Positions 39,601-49,279 of a stretch of DNA of 64,000 nucleotides are shown in pieces. The notes under the pieces were generated by a model, which was given only the letters and a program-made list of their open reading frames with translations, was not told where the DNA came from and searched no databases. Origin of the DNA: Octopus vulgaris (lineage: Eukaryota); assembly GCA_951406725.2 (NCBI GenBank), contig OX597837.1:13516001-13580000 (forward strand), given 5' to 3'. The stretch's first letter is position 1; every line of letters starts with the position of its first letter. The position numbers and the translations under genes were made by a program.

Positions 39601-41042
39601 ACCAAACTGGCCCTCGTGCCGGTGGCATGCACTCGGAGTGGTTGGTGTTAGGAAGGGCATCCAGCTGTAGAAACTCTGCCAGATCAGATTGGAGTCTGGT
39701 TCGCCAGACCTCAGTCAAATCGTCCACCCCATGCTAGCATGGAAAGCAGACGTTAAACGATGATGATGATGATGCTTGCATAGGAAAGTGGATGTTAAAA
39801 CGATGATGATGTTGTTTTACTGGATCCAACTCATGATGGTAACCAAAGGGTTGACAGGAAGAAAGAGAGAGAAATATTTGATGGAACTTTAGCTTAAACA
39901 GTAGCAAATCGGAAGAATTATTCCTTGTTGCACCTGACGAAATGCTGAGCTGCATTTCTTCCTGTTCTTTACATTGAGAGTTCAAATTCTGCTGAGGTCA
40001 GCTTTGTCTTTCATCCTTTCAGGGGTGGGGCGGGGCAATAAAACAGGTACCTGCTGAATAACTGAGTTGATGTAATCAACATTCCCCTCTCCCTTCAGAA
40101 TTGCTGGCCTTGTACTGGAATTAGAATTATTTAGCTTAACCCTTTGGCATTCAGATTTCTTACTGAAATATAATGCTTATTCACATTACTCTTTACTCTT
40201 TTACTTGTTTCAGTCATTTGACTGCGGCCATGCTGGAGCACCGCCTTTAGTCGAGCAAATCGACCCCAGGACTTATTCTTTGTAAGCCTAGTACTTATTC
40301 TATCGGTCTCTTTTGCCGAACCGCTAAGTTACGGGGACGTAAACACACCAGCATCGGTTGTCAAGCGATGGTGGGAGGGACAGACAGACACACATATACA
40401 TATATACGACAGGCTTCTTTCAGTTTCCGTCTATCAAATCCACTCACAAGGCTTTGGTCAGCCCGAGGCTATAGTAAAAGACACTTGCCCAAGGTGCCAC
40501 GCAGTGGGATTGAACCCGGAACCATGTGGTTGGTAAGCAAGCTACTTACCACACAGCCACTCCTGCGCATTGTTTGGAATTAATTCTGCATTGTCTTTTA
40601 GCTTCAAGATTTCAATGATGTGATTGTATATTTTTAGAATGACATTGTAGGGTAGGTGTGAGAGGTTGGAGCTGGTCAGTTTAGGGGCTTTCTCCATCCG
40701 GGTTGCGGATCTGTGGAATAAGCTGCCAGACGAGATGGTGAAGATGCCGACGACCGCTTGGTTCAAAGTCTCCCTTGACCTCAAGTGGCCTGAACTCTTT
40801 ACATGAACACCACCCTGTACATAATTCCATCTCCCCCTACATGGCCTTGCTTTTTGCTTTTTGAGCCAAAAAATTAACTAACTAGTATAAAACACAGAGT
40901 ATTGCGGGGCCAGCTATGGCCGGTTTAGTTGCTAAAGGTTTAAACCTGTCCTGTCTTTCTGTTTTGCAGGTCTCAAGCGATTGAAGCCATGGAAAAATAC
41001 GAAAAGGCTATAACAGCATCAATGAAGAATGGACCAGTTTGA
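3742..41042 (+). CDS. PPP6R3: Ser/Thr protein phosphatase 6 regulatory subunit (SAPS domain), spliced gene, 5'-partial (23 exons listed separately)
   Basis: Exons with canonical AG/GT ends join in frame (2772 nt). They give SAPS motifs [69 protein letters not shown] and the C-terminus NGPV*, matching PPP6R1/2/3 as I recall them. The MFWKF start exon was not seen. Confidence 0.95.
6061..6147 (+). CDS. PPP6R3: PPP6R3-like exon [28 protein letters not shown](R)
   Basis: tatttcag / gtaaat, phase 2-2. Confidence 0.93.
6344..6530 (+). CDS. PPP6R3: PPP6R3-like exon [13 protein letters not shown]...[23 protein letters not shown]
   Basis: ccaaaag / gtgagt, phase 2-0, conserved LNPLLASF. Confidence 0.95.
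6671..7053 (-). mobile_element. tRNA-derived SINE family A (full length)
   Basis: tRNA-like head with A/B boxes, internal microsatellite, GTAAAAGA tail. Other copies: 4673-5025(+), 12485-12888(-), 40187-40568(-), 57208-57582(+), plus many fragments. Confidence 0.85.
7402..7602. mobile_element. hAT (Charlie-like) MITE
   Basis: TIRs CAGTGCTTTTCAACC / GGTTGAAAACCACTG, 8-bp TSD ttctaatg / gtctaatg. Confidence 0.8.
7818..7955 (+). CDS. PPP6R3: PPP6R3-like exon IFKYLKSK...[19 protein letters not shown]...MIE
   Basis: tctccag / gtaact, phase 0-0. Confidence 0.95.
12485..12888 (-). mobile_element. SINE family A
   Basis: Near-identical to 6671-7053. Confidence 0.85.
12900..12945 (+). ncRNA. Minimal type I hammerhead ribozyme motif, U3-A8 variant (Penelope-like remnant)
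   Basis: AGT-TTGATAA-GTG(CCAACA)CAT-GAAA-CTC(TTGGCCCTT)GAG-TC-ACT. Confidence 0.55.
13603..13715 (+). CDS. PPP6R3: PPP6R3-like exon [18 protein letters not shown]...PLLATLE(S)
   Basis: ctccacag / gtacgt, phase 0-2. Confidence 0.93.
14573..14683 (+). CDS. PPP6R3: PPP6R3-like exon [36 protein letters not shown](V)
   Basis: ttttttcag / gtaatt, phase 2-2. Confidence 0.9.
15941..16070 (+). CDS. PPP6R3: PPP6R3-like exon YEGEVDQR...[14 protein letters not shown]
   Basis: ccttgtag / gtgagt, phase 2-0. Confidence 0.93.
17477..17635 (+). CDS. PPP6R3: PPP6R3-like exon [22 protein letters not shown]...GVML
   Basis: tttttag / gtaagt, phase 0-0. Confidence 0.95.
17726..17851 (+). CDS. PPP6R3: PPP6R3-like exon [17 protein letters not shown]...HPLLEQ
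   Basis: ctttcag / gtgagt, phase 0-0. Confidence 0.95.
18669..18733 (+). CDS. PPP6R3: PPP6R3-like exon [21 protein letters not shown](E)
   Basis: atattcag / gtaagt, phase 0-2. Confidence 0.92.
19927..20045 (+). CDS. PPP6R3: PPP6R3-like exon [19 protein letters not shown]...EYLK
   Basis: tttgcag / gtaagg, phase 2-1, hallmark GYMGHLT. Confidence 0.96.
20521..20606 (+). CDS. PPP6R3: PPP6R3-like exon (E)[28 protein letters not shown]
   Basis: tatttcag / gtatgt, phase 1-0. Confidence 0.93.
20805..20881. mobile_element. 77-bp Tc1/mariner mini-MITE
   Basis: TA|CAGGGTGTCCATAAAT...ATTTATGAACACCCTG|TA, about 27-bp TIRs. Confidence 0.8.
21657..21746 (+). CDS. PPP6R3: PPP6R3-like exon [30 protein letters not shown]
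   Basis: tttgtag / gtaagt, phase 0-0. Confidence 0.93.
22920..22937 (+). CDS. PPP6R3: Candidate 18-nt cassette microexon KPNYSQ
   Basis: Branch-like CTAAC (22872), TGC motifs (22890, 22906), T-tract plus CAG, strong CAA|gtaagt donor, phase 0-0 in a phase-0 intron. Confidence 0.65.
23461..23537 (-). ncRNA. Penelope-type minimal hammerhead ribozyme motif
   Basis: Minus strand GCT-CTGATGA-long stem II (taaggtgt/gcatctta, actcagg/cctgagt)-GAAA-CAGCTG palindrome-TA-AGC. Confidence 0.7.
23548..23862 (+). mobile_element. tRNA-derived SINE family E
   Basis: tRNA-like head, shared body with 16731-17095. Confidence 0.75.
26784..26878 (+). CDS. PPP6R3: PPP6R3-like exon [31 protein letters not shown](D)
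   Basis: caacag / gtgagt, phase 0-2. Confidence 0.95.
27342..27402 (+). CDS. PPP6R3: PPP6R3-like exon [20 protein letters not shown]
   Basis: ttcctgcag / gtaagt, phase 2-0. Confidence 0.9.
28630..28763 (+). CDS. PPP6R3: PPP6R3-like exon [32 protein letters not shown]...
   Basis: tttgtag / gtaagc, phase 0-2, conserved ERIQQFDD. Confidence 0.94.
28935..29065 (+). CDS. PPP6R3: PPP6R3-like acidic exon [27 protein letters not shown]...MDVDVE
   Basis: gttgtag / gtcagt, phase 2-1. Confidence 0.9.
29268..29487. mobile_element. piggyBac-type MITE (same family as 3172)
   Basis: TTAA target sites, CCCTTTC TIRs, high similarity to 3172-3392. Confidence 0.8.
29708..29840 (+). CDS. PPP6R3: PPP6R3-like exon (A)METSPWDA...KWANFD...[13 protein letters not shown](R)
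   Basis: cttacag / gtaagg, phase 1-2. Confidence 0.9.
30976..31049 (+). CDS. PPP6R3: PPP6R3-like exon [24 protein letters not shown]
   Basis: tttttccag / gtacgt, phase 2-1, RSxSPxxM motif. Confidence 0.88.
31079..31170 (+). mobile_element. Helentron/DINE-1-like 5' end fragment
   Basis: ttattacctctgcc..gcggaggt hairpin followed by (GTYT)n and caagatatctc. Confidence 0.45.
31722..31809 (+). CDS. PPP6R3: PPP6R3-like exon [28 protein letters not shown]
   Basis: gtttcag / gtacaa, phase 1-2 fits both neighbours; disordered composition. Confidence 0.8.
33231..33377 (+). CDS. PPP6R3: PPP6R3-like exon [21 protein letters not shown]...VNCSQE
   Basis: long T-tract + aacag / gtatag, phase 2-2, open frame. 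Confidence 0.82.
36119..36860 (-). mobile_element. LINE-3'-derived repeat with (GAT)n tail (RTE-like), family C
   Basis: Conserved end CCAACCCATGCTAGCATGGAAAACGGACGTTAAACGATGATGAT. Copies at 7996-8175(+), 12258-12435(-), 17095-17354(+), 18787-19115(-), 19338-19505(-), 21225-21562(-), 27700-27908(+), 39480-39775(+), 61833-62097(-). Confidence 0.75.
36327..36770. repeat. 67-bp GC-rich minisatellite, about 6.5 copies
   Basis: ggccacg recurs at 36327, 36394, 36461, 36528, 36595, 36662 and 36729. Confidence 0.92.
37403..37780 (-). mobile_element. SINE family B tandem dimer
   Basis: Two head-to-tail near-identical copies of about 185 bp. Confidence 0.8.
37967..38203 (-). mobile_element. CR1/L2-clade LINE ORF2 C-terminal fragment
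   Basis: [44 protein letters not shown]...LRGHSEKL. Confidence 0.85.
38942..39286 (+). CDS. PPP6R3: PPP6R3-like Ser/Thr-rich exon FLSSAGLIK...SNLIENV(R)
   Basis: tatttcag / gtaatt, phase 2-2, 345 nt open. Confidence 0.85.
40187..40568 (-). mobile_element. SINE family A
   Basis: Near-identical to 6671-7053. Confidence 0.85.
40684..40883 (+). mobile_element. CR1-clade LINE 3' end
   Basis: [35 protein letters not shown]...* then a short 3'UTR and (TAAC)n tail. Confidence 0.8.
40970..41042 (+). CDS. PPP6R3: PPP6R3-like last coding exon [23 protein letters not shown]
   Basis: gttttgcag acceptor, phase 2, family C-terminal NGPV* then TGA. Confidence 0.92.
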
Positions 41043-41814
41043 ATTAGATATCCTAGATCCTGTGTTGTCCAGGGCGGCAGCATAAACAACATTCTCAACA
41101 TGCCTTAATAACAACTCCCTAATTGTCTGACTGCCCTGTCTAACACTTAGAAAGTCAGCATAGTGTTTGGTTGCTAAGTAACACTGCCTGCAAACAAACG
41201 TCTATAACAAAACATCTTATCTGGAGGAACAGCGTTTGCCTCAAAGGTTTATTATACTTGATGGTCATCTTCCATCCAGCTGGCTGTTGACTTCAGTAAT
41301 TGGTAGTATATTTGTTTTTGTCCCCCTGTTCTTTTATTATTATTATTATTATTATTATAATAATAATAATTATTATTATTATAATTATTATATTCACACA
41401 TTGGCCCCCTTTCCCTTGCCCCTCCACCCCATGTCTTTCTTTGCCCTTAACCATTTGATTTATTTTGGGGGGGTTTTTCGTTTTTTCCTTCTTCCTTCAG
41501 TTAGTTCTCGGTGTCTGAAATTGTTTAATTTGTCTTCATTTCCGGTTCTGTTTTGGAGCTCTCTTCTGGCCTTTGTTTCCAGTCCAGCTTATACGACTCT
41601 TGTCTGCTGCTGGGCACTCACCAAAGTAGATACTGTTGAACAGACAGACACACCCTCTCTTTCTCTCTCTCTCTCATTTGTTAATAATTATTCTCATTTT
41701 ATATTTTCTTGTGTCCCCCTCCCCCCTTAAAATATTGCAATCTATTGGACTTGAATAAGGAACAGGAAGCATTATCTGTAGAAATGAGTTGCTTTGTTTT
41801 TTATACATACATTA

Positions 41815-42095
41815 TATATATGTGTGTTAGAGTGTGTGTGTGTATATATGTATATATATGTGTATATATATATGTGTATATGTATATGTGTATATATGTG
41901 TATATATGTATATATGTGTGTATGTGTATATATGTATATATATATATGTGTATATATATGTATATGTATGTCTATATATATATATGTATATATGTGTGTG
42001 TATGTGTATATATATATATGTGTATATAGATATGTATATATGTATGTGTATATATATATGTGCATGTGTGTATATATATATAATATATGTATATA
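41815..42095. repeat. (TA)/(TG) compound microsatellite in PPP6R3 3' region
   Basis: Low-complexity purine-pyrimidine alternation. Confidence 0.95.
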
Positions 42096-45000
42096 AAATT
42101 CTATTGATGATGTTCTATTTGGTCAGAATTTTTATCTGTGCTCTTTTGTACGAGAAAGGTTTGCTAGATGAAATATGGACAATGAAAACTGTGTGAAACC
42201 CTTTTCTAACCGTTACATGTCACAGTTGCACACAACAACAACAACAACAACAGGGTGAAATAAAATGTTAAAACCAAACCTCACCTATTTTTCCAACTCT
42301 GTATTTCTCTCCAAGAAGGGAAGCGTAAAAACACGGTATATTTTACTGGTGGCACTGAACAGTAATTGACTCAGATCTCCCGCGTACTGCGACGCCAGCC
42401 CCAGTGTGCCACCGCCGCCACAAGCGACTCTAATCCAATTCGAAGAGCTGTCTGATCTAAATGACATTTCTGGTGCTTTTTTTTTTTTTTTTTTTATTAT
42501 TTTCAGATACTATAATGATAATAAAAAGGAAAAAGAAAAAAAAAATCAGGGAAAGTGAAAGCCTTGTCTATTTTCTACGTGTTTGGGGGTGAAACTAAAG
42601 AAGATAGATGAGAAAAAGAAATATAAAAGAAGAAAAAAAAAACCCTCCCAATTTTTAAAACCTTTAGATTTTTGAAAATTTATTTTATTTTTATAATGAA
42701 AGAAGTGGTGATCGTTGTGGTGAGTGTTTGCATTGGTAATTAATGCTCTGACTTGGTTGTGGCTGTTTCTCTGTTTTATATAAATGCTTTGAGTCAGCTA
42801 ATTTCAGTTGATTATTTTTCTTTTTCTTTTTTTTTTTTTTTTTTTTTCCGTCTTTAACATTTTGCTTTTAATAACACTAATATAGTATCACCATGTTTCA
42901 TTTCCAATAACTCTCAGACAATTGAAAATGGCCTTCCTTTTGATTAAAACGAAGCAGTTTGTGTCTAGATTCCGCGTCTTTTTTTTTTTTTTTTCTCTTT
43001 TTGTTATCTTTGATTAGATCAATCTCATCTTTGCAAAGGTGTGTCACAATAAAGTACGGTGCCAGTGTTTGGCTACTGTCCATCAAAACTGACCATTTGT
43101 CCATCTCTAGAGCTAGTCCATAAATCTGCCCGTTTGTACACTTTGACTTTGTACAATTTCTTTAGTTTTGTATTGTCGTTATAAATACATTATTTTATTA
43201 GATATAAAATAATTAGGTACAACTTCCAGACTTCAGCTCTTCTCTCTCACCTCTGAACCACAAAGAGAGGGCAATTTGGCTTTAACCTGTATCTTACGTG
43301 TTTTATTTTATTTTTTCTAATCTTTTTATATGTATTATTCGTTATCCAGTGTAAATAGGCCAACACAAAAATTCTTTCTAAAGAGAAGAAAGCTGTCCTA
43401 TAACAGCAACTTATCGCCTGATTAAGTTTCCTGGCTGACCACGTGAAACAGCTCTCTCATTCCAGCTCTTTTTGTTTTTTTCTTTTTATACTAGATCTTC
43501 CATATTTGACTGATTAGGCTAACGTGAAGTGTAAGTCTCTTCTGAGACGTCTCTTAGACTCCAGACACCATTGAGCCTAACACGTGGATATTTGTCATTT
43601 TTTTATTTAAAACAAATGTTTCTAACACACACACACACACACACATTCTCTCTCATTCCGTTATGTGATTCAATTAAATTCTAAAATAGTTGTGAATTTA
43701 GATTAGTTTCACAAAACAACTATAACATTTAAAAAAAAAATTTAATGCTTTAAAATGGTGTTTCAAAACACACAGAAAGTTTCTTCCATAAACCTGTTGA
43801 CTAAAATATACTCTAATTACAGGTAAGTACAGGTAAAATCTGAACTATAGTTATTTAAATTTTGTTGAAATATCATACTATATAATGAGTTATTAACCAA
43901 TATGATATAATTTACTAAAAAACAATTATATTTATGGCAAAAATACCTTTATTTTGTATAGTTTATCCTTTGCTTACATTTTGCATTGTGATTTTTTTGT
44001 ATATTTTTTTTTTTTTTTTGCTGTTATAGAATATTTAAGGTGGTGAGCTGGCGAAATCGTTAGCACCCTGGACAGGGTGCCAGCGGTATCTCATCCATCT
44101 TTATGTTCTGAGTTCAAATTCCATTGAGGTCAGCTTTGCCTTTTATGCTTTCGGAGTTGATAAAATAAGTACCAGTTGAGCCCTGGAGGTCAATGCAATC
44201 GACTAGCCCCATCCCTGGATTTCCGGCCTTGTGCCTATCGTAGGAAGGATTGTTATGAGCTGGCAGAGTTGTTAACACATCAGGCAAAATGCTTAGCAGC
44301 ATTTCTTCCAGTTCCTTACGTCCTGAGTTCAAATACAGTCGAGGTTAACAAAACAAGTACCAGTTGAACGCTGGGGTCAATCTTATCAGCTAACACCCTC
44401 CTGCTAAATTTGCTGGCCTTGTCTCAAAATCTAAAACCATTTGGACTGGAATAAACAAAAGTAAATAGTGAACAAGGTATTCTGATAAAGTCTTGGGGAT
44501 AAACCTCTTGAAGTTTGGTTTCTTCTGGAAATCTTGGAAGAGAAATATTTTTTTAATCTTTTACTTTTGCTCCATTCCCTTTGCGGACATCATTTTCGGT
44601 GCCACTCTCTGACATTGCTTACACACTTGGAATTTGAAATCCGGTTCAGAGTCCATCACATGTTATATACTTGAAGCATTTTTTTTTTTTTTATTTGCTG
44701 CTTTTCAGAATCGTTTAAATTCAGAGTTGCTATTACGGAATCTGAAGCTTCACATAATTTCTCTTTTTGGAAAAAAAAAGGGCAGAACATTCTAGAAATT
44801 ATGAACAAAAATATCAAAACAAAATTTGGAAAATACAAAATTCACATAATGTTGGCTGGTGCAATGTAAGTACATATTTAGTGAAATCCTATCGTTTATG
44901 CAATAACAATATTTTGATTTAATATGAATAGGTATACGCAGACAGTCTCAGGCACTTTGGGGAGTCTTTGATGATAGGTTGTGTCAGGCAGGCTGGTAAT

Positions 45001-45280
45001 AAAAGGGTTGAGAAATATAAATTTCTGTGGGTGGAGGGGACAAGAAACCACTCTCTTGAGATGGAACCAGAAAATTCTGATCTTATGAGTATCCGGGCAG
45101 AAAGTATTAAAAGACTGTACTCTTGTTACATTCTTTTTAAAAGTGTCATCTGTACGGCTGTTGTGTGGACGAATGGTATGACTGGTATTGTTTTACTACT
45201 ACCTACTTGCATGTGGCTATGCATCCAATGTGTGTAAAATTTATTGAAAATACAAATTATGCAGCTGATACATGTAATAT

Positions 45281-45620
45281 GTGAAGGCGCATGGCTCAGT
45301 GGTTAGAGCGTCGAGCTTACGATTGTGAGGTTGTGAGTTTGAATCCCGGACTGGGCTGCGTGTTGTGTTCTTGAGCAAGACACTTCATTTCACGTTGCTC
45401 CAGTTAACTCAGCTGTAGAAATGAGTTGCAACGTCACTGGTGCCAAGCTGTATCGGCCCCTTTGCCTTTCCCTTGGATAACACTGGAGGCGTGGAGAGGG
45501 GAGGCCGGTGTGCATGGGCGACTGCTGGTCTTCCATAAACCACCTTGCCTGGACTTGTCCCTCGGAAGGTAACTTTCTAGGTGCAATCCCATGGTCAGTG
45601 TCGTGACCGAAGGGGGTCCC
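45281..45620 (+). mobile_element. tRNA-derived SINE family D
   Basis: TGGCTCAGTGGTTAGAGC A box, GAGTTTGAATCCC B box; copies 9085-9362(+), 32783-33098(-), 30010-30195(-). Confidence 0.8.
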
Positions 45621-46284
45621 GACATGTAATATCCAAAGTGTGTGTGTCTGTGTGTCTACTGCCAATTATAAGATTTGTGCCTTAGTTCTTGGCTAGTTCT
45701 AGCAACTACATGTTTCACTTAAGTCTCTGTAGCTAATGGCTTTAAATTCCTGGCAACAATTCCTTACTTTCACCATTCTCTTTTGCCTCTATGCTACTCA
45801 ACAACCTAAAGATTAAATCTGTTTCTCATGGGTTTAAACTACTTTATATACACCTAGTTTTATAGCATCCATCCCACTGCTGTACTGTAGCATATACTTT
45901 ACCACCCAGCTACCACTGCTTTACTGTTTCCTGTAACATCCCCTGTTATTGACCAATTCATATTCTTACCTTCTGCAGAGTCGCTTGGCTGCACTAATCC
46001 ATCAAGCCCCGTTTGACACTCTGCTGTGTAGCTTGAAAACAAGGCACCCCCTGCATTTATTTTCTATTCTTGCAAATTTGTAATCATTCGCATCAATGGT
46101 TACAGGTTTCTGACATGTCAATCATTAGTCCTCTGCATCACGTGTCACAGTGAGTGACGAGGGAGCACGGCCGATTTGCTGAATCTTTTAAAGAGCATCA
46201 ATCTTTTTTTTGTTTTTTGCTAATATACAATGGCAAAAGATATAATTACACACGCACGTGCGCATGTATGTGTGTGTAAATATA

Positions 46285-46452
46285 TGTATATTAATTGGTG
46301 AAATTTACGGAGTGACTCAAGGGCTGAGTTTCACTCATTGGCCCTTACCAAAATGCATAAAACTCAGGAGCCTTCAGTCACTCCTATAACTTCTACTGGT
46401 TAATAAAAATAAAATGTATATATACTCATGCTTCAAGTTCTATTTTCTTGCA
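46285..46452. mobile_element. Degenerate Penelope-like inverted pLTR pair
   Basis: Inverted arms ggagtgactc...gtcactcc; minus strand TTGGTAA...GAAACTC..GAGTCACTCC; tail similar to 12945-13010. Confidence 0.5.
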
Positions 46453-46518
46453 TATTTAATTAAACCTAGCAACATCTGTAGCCTGGTCAGTCACGGTGAT
46501 CACAATGATATATATATA

Positions 46519-46787
46519 TGGAGGTGCAATGGCCCAGTGGTTAGGGCAGCGGACTCGCGGTTTCAATTCCCAGACCGGGAGTTGTGAGTGTTTATTGAGC
46601 GAAAACACCTAAAAGCTCCACGAGGCTCCGGCAGGGGGTGGTGGCGATCCCTGTTGTACTCTTTCTTCTGTTGGCCTGCTCGCTTAGCCAGCGGGGTGGC
46701 GTCATTCAAAGGCTAAAACAATGTGAAAGCATTGTGACCAGCGATGTGTAACAACATCTGATGGTCTGGTCGGTCACGTGATCACAT
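46519..46787 (+). mobile_element. tRNA-derived SINE family F
   Basis: TGGCCCAGTGGTTAGGGC head; related copies 54226-54470 and 61540-61830. Confidence 0.75.
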
Positions 46788-47580
46788 GATATATATATAT
46801 ATATACACACACACACATATACATAAGGCTTAATGGCAGTTTCTGTCTGAAATTCCTCTCCCAAGGTATTGATCAACCTAAGGCAAATGGTAGGCAACTC
46901 TTGCATAGAAACAAACAGAAACACTTGCTGGCAAAAGCCAACTCTATCACATAGCCATGCTTGTGTCCATAATTCTATACAATTCTTTTTTTTTCTTCTT
47001 TTCTCCCCCATTTTTAAAATACATTTTCACATTACAAAGTTCCACCGAACTGCTCGTAGCAGAAGTCTTTATTGTGCATCAACCATCTTCATTGGGTGTT
47101 GTTTTAAAGTAACAGAACTCAATCAGTAGAACAGAAACGAACAAAAGTCAACAATGTCCCTTATAGTCTGACAACTCCCTGAATTAAAAGGGATCATTCT
47201 CTTCTCTCTCACAGTGTTATCTACCACACCCACCTCTTAGAATATTAACATAGGATTTCAGGGTTAATTATGACTATCATCTTTAGATGTCACTTAATGA
47301 AAAGCTGTCTCTGAAGTATGTTTAGTGATGGGAGCCGCAGGTGATCTGTAAGATTGATATAGTTGTATAGGGGGGAAGGGAGTATATTTTATTTGTAATG
47401 TTTGTTTAGCATGTGTTTTTACTCCGCCTCAATTAGCAACACCTTGGTTCATGGTAATTTTGCTATTTTGTGTCATTCCTATTAATCAAATGGAATCTTC
47501 TCCGTATCATTACCATCTCTGAAATAACTTTAGTGATGACAGTTTGTATGTATAATAACTATACTGTTTCATTTGTAAGA

Positions 47581-48236
47581 CAGGGTGGCCACTGAAGGAC
47601 TGAATGATGTAAAACAAAAATAACTTTTGCAAACACAGTCACGGTTCGTAATGGAACCGTGACTGGCTCGCTATCTCCGGTGAACTGGCGCAGGACCGTC
47701 GTGCGTCGGCTGCCATGGTTCGAGATGCCTCGAGGGTGGTAGAAGCTGACTCAACCCGCCCAGGGTGAATGTCGCCATAAGGACAAGTACATGGTTTGTT
47801 ATATTTTTATTTGGATAGAAACATTTTAAAATCCAGTTTCAGAATCTTCTGAAGCGATGCTTAGTTGGGCTGAGTGACAACTGGCAGAGGTTGATGGATC
47901 CTGGAGGACACTCTGCTGTAAGCTTCCACCTCTGCGTCAGTGCGCTAAGGACCCCTTCCCGGAAGATCGCCGACTGATCCAATTCTTTCAAACTCGGCAA
48001 GTTACATTCTGAATCATGTTATCGCTGGGAGATATTCTGACAGTAAAATGTTGCCAGTATTTTCTCTGGCTTTAAATAAATTGATCTGTCACTGGAATAG
48101 AAATACTCAATGAGTTTCACCCGTTGCTGGACATCATAAATAGCCATTTTAATATCCAAGGGATGCAAAAAAAAAAGACGGTAAACAAACAAGTTATGAC
48201 TTTTTCAAACCCTTCAGTTTTTCAGTGACCTCCTTG
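47581..48236 (-). mobile_element. Internally deleted Tc1/mariner element with decayed transposase N-terminus
   Basis: Imperfect ~45-bp TIRs. The minus strand from 48147 reads MAIYDVQQRVKLIEYFYSS..HF..SPSDNMI..FERIGSVGDLPGRG..DPSTS..SLQKILKLD with frameshifts and stops (DUF4817-like HTH). Confidence 0.7.
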
Positions 48237-49248
48237 TATATTTCTTGATCATGTTAGTTCAGTCTTCAGAGGCTGACAGCCTCCGTTACCAACATCTTAC
48301 GTTCAAGCAAATGTGCTCTTTTTTTTTTTTCCCTGTGTCCTTGATAGTAAAATAGAATATTGTTATTGGGCAGGAAAGAAGGTCTGTTTTATATTTCATT
48401 CTTCGTATCGGTCCACTCACACTCTATCAACATCTTAGTTTATATCTATTGTGCTATCCCCCCCCCCCCTTACTAATAGTTGAATAGAATGTTCTTACAG
48501 TGTCAAGTGATTATTTTTTTTCTCATAAAAAAAAAAAAATTCAGTCCTAATACTTTGCAAATTTCCAGTTTCATAGATGATGCGGTGCTTTTCATTAGAT
48601 TGTTGTCTCACCAGCTTTGCAAGTTGTCACTGAAATAGGAGTCATTCACTGCCTTCCTCCTCTCAACTACAGCATCAGTGATATATATTCTATCACATGG
48701 TGATGGTTTTGAAGGCTTGCATTGTTACCTATGTAAATTGTCGGTCTTTAAAAAAAGCAGTAGATATTTCTTGTTCCCAAATACATCTTTGTAAGAGAAA
48801 AAGGGATCCCTTAGGAAGTTACATAACTCTGCTTGCCTGAGAGATAACAGGTTATGTTGTCTTCTCCACAGAAGTACATTTAACTTAAATCTTCTTAGGT
48901 AATCTTATCCAGCTGGATCTTTAAATATTCATGTCAAGTAATCTTTAACAGCATTACCATGAGCTTCAAATTATTTTTCCATCATTTACTAAAGAGAAAA
49001 AGTCCAGCATCTTTTCCCTATTTCTCTTTATACACACTTAGACATATATATTTAGATATAATCAAATGCGGCGAGCTGGTAGAAACGTTAGCACGTCGGG
49101 CAATTTGCGTAGCCGTATTTCATCTGCTGTTACGTTCTAGGTTCAAATTCCACCAAGGTCGGCTTTGCCTTTCATCCTTTCGGGGGTCAATGTAATCGAC
49201 TTAATCCAATGTCCCCTCTGTGTTTAGCCCCTTGTGGGTAGTAAAGAA

Positions 49249-49279
<31 letters not shown>

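Larger units (their letters stand above)
40140..40939. mobile_element. piggyBac-like MITE hosting nested SINE and CR1 insertions
   Basis: TTAA|CCCTTTGGCA ... TGCTAAAGGT|TTAA; related fragments at about 5680-5883, 27925-28003 and 51875-52015. Confidence 0.6.

Noticed and set aside
41709-42196. YICVY-rich ORFs (also 49525-49938)
   Set aside because: Translations of TA/TG microsatellites.
43410-43460. CTGATTA...GAAACAGCTC hammerhead-like string in the 3' region
   Set aside because: Core mismatch and no consistent stems.
45281-45355. tRNA-like sequences (also 46519, 57208, 60436, 61540)
   Set aside because: These are SINE heads continuing into repeat bodies, with no complete cloverleaf.
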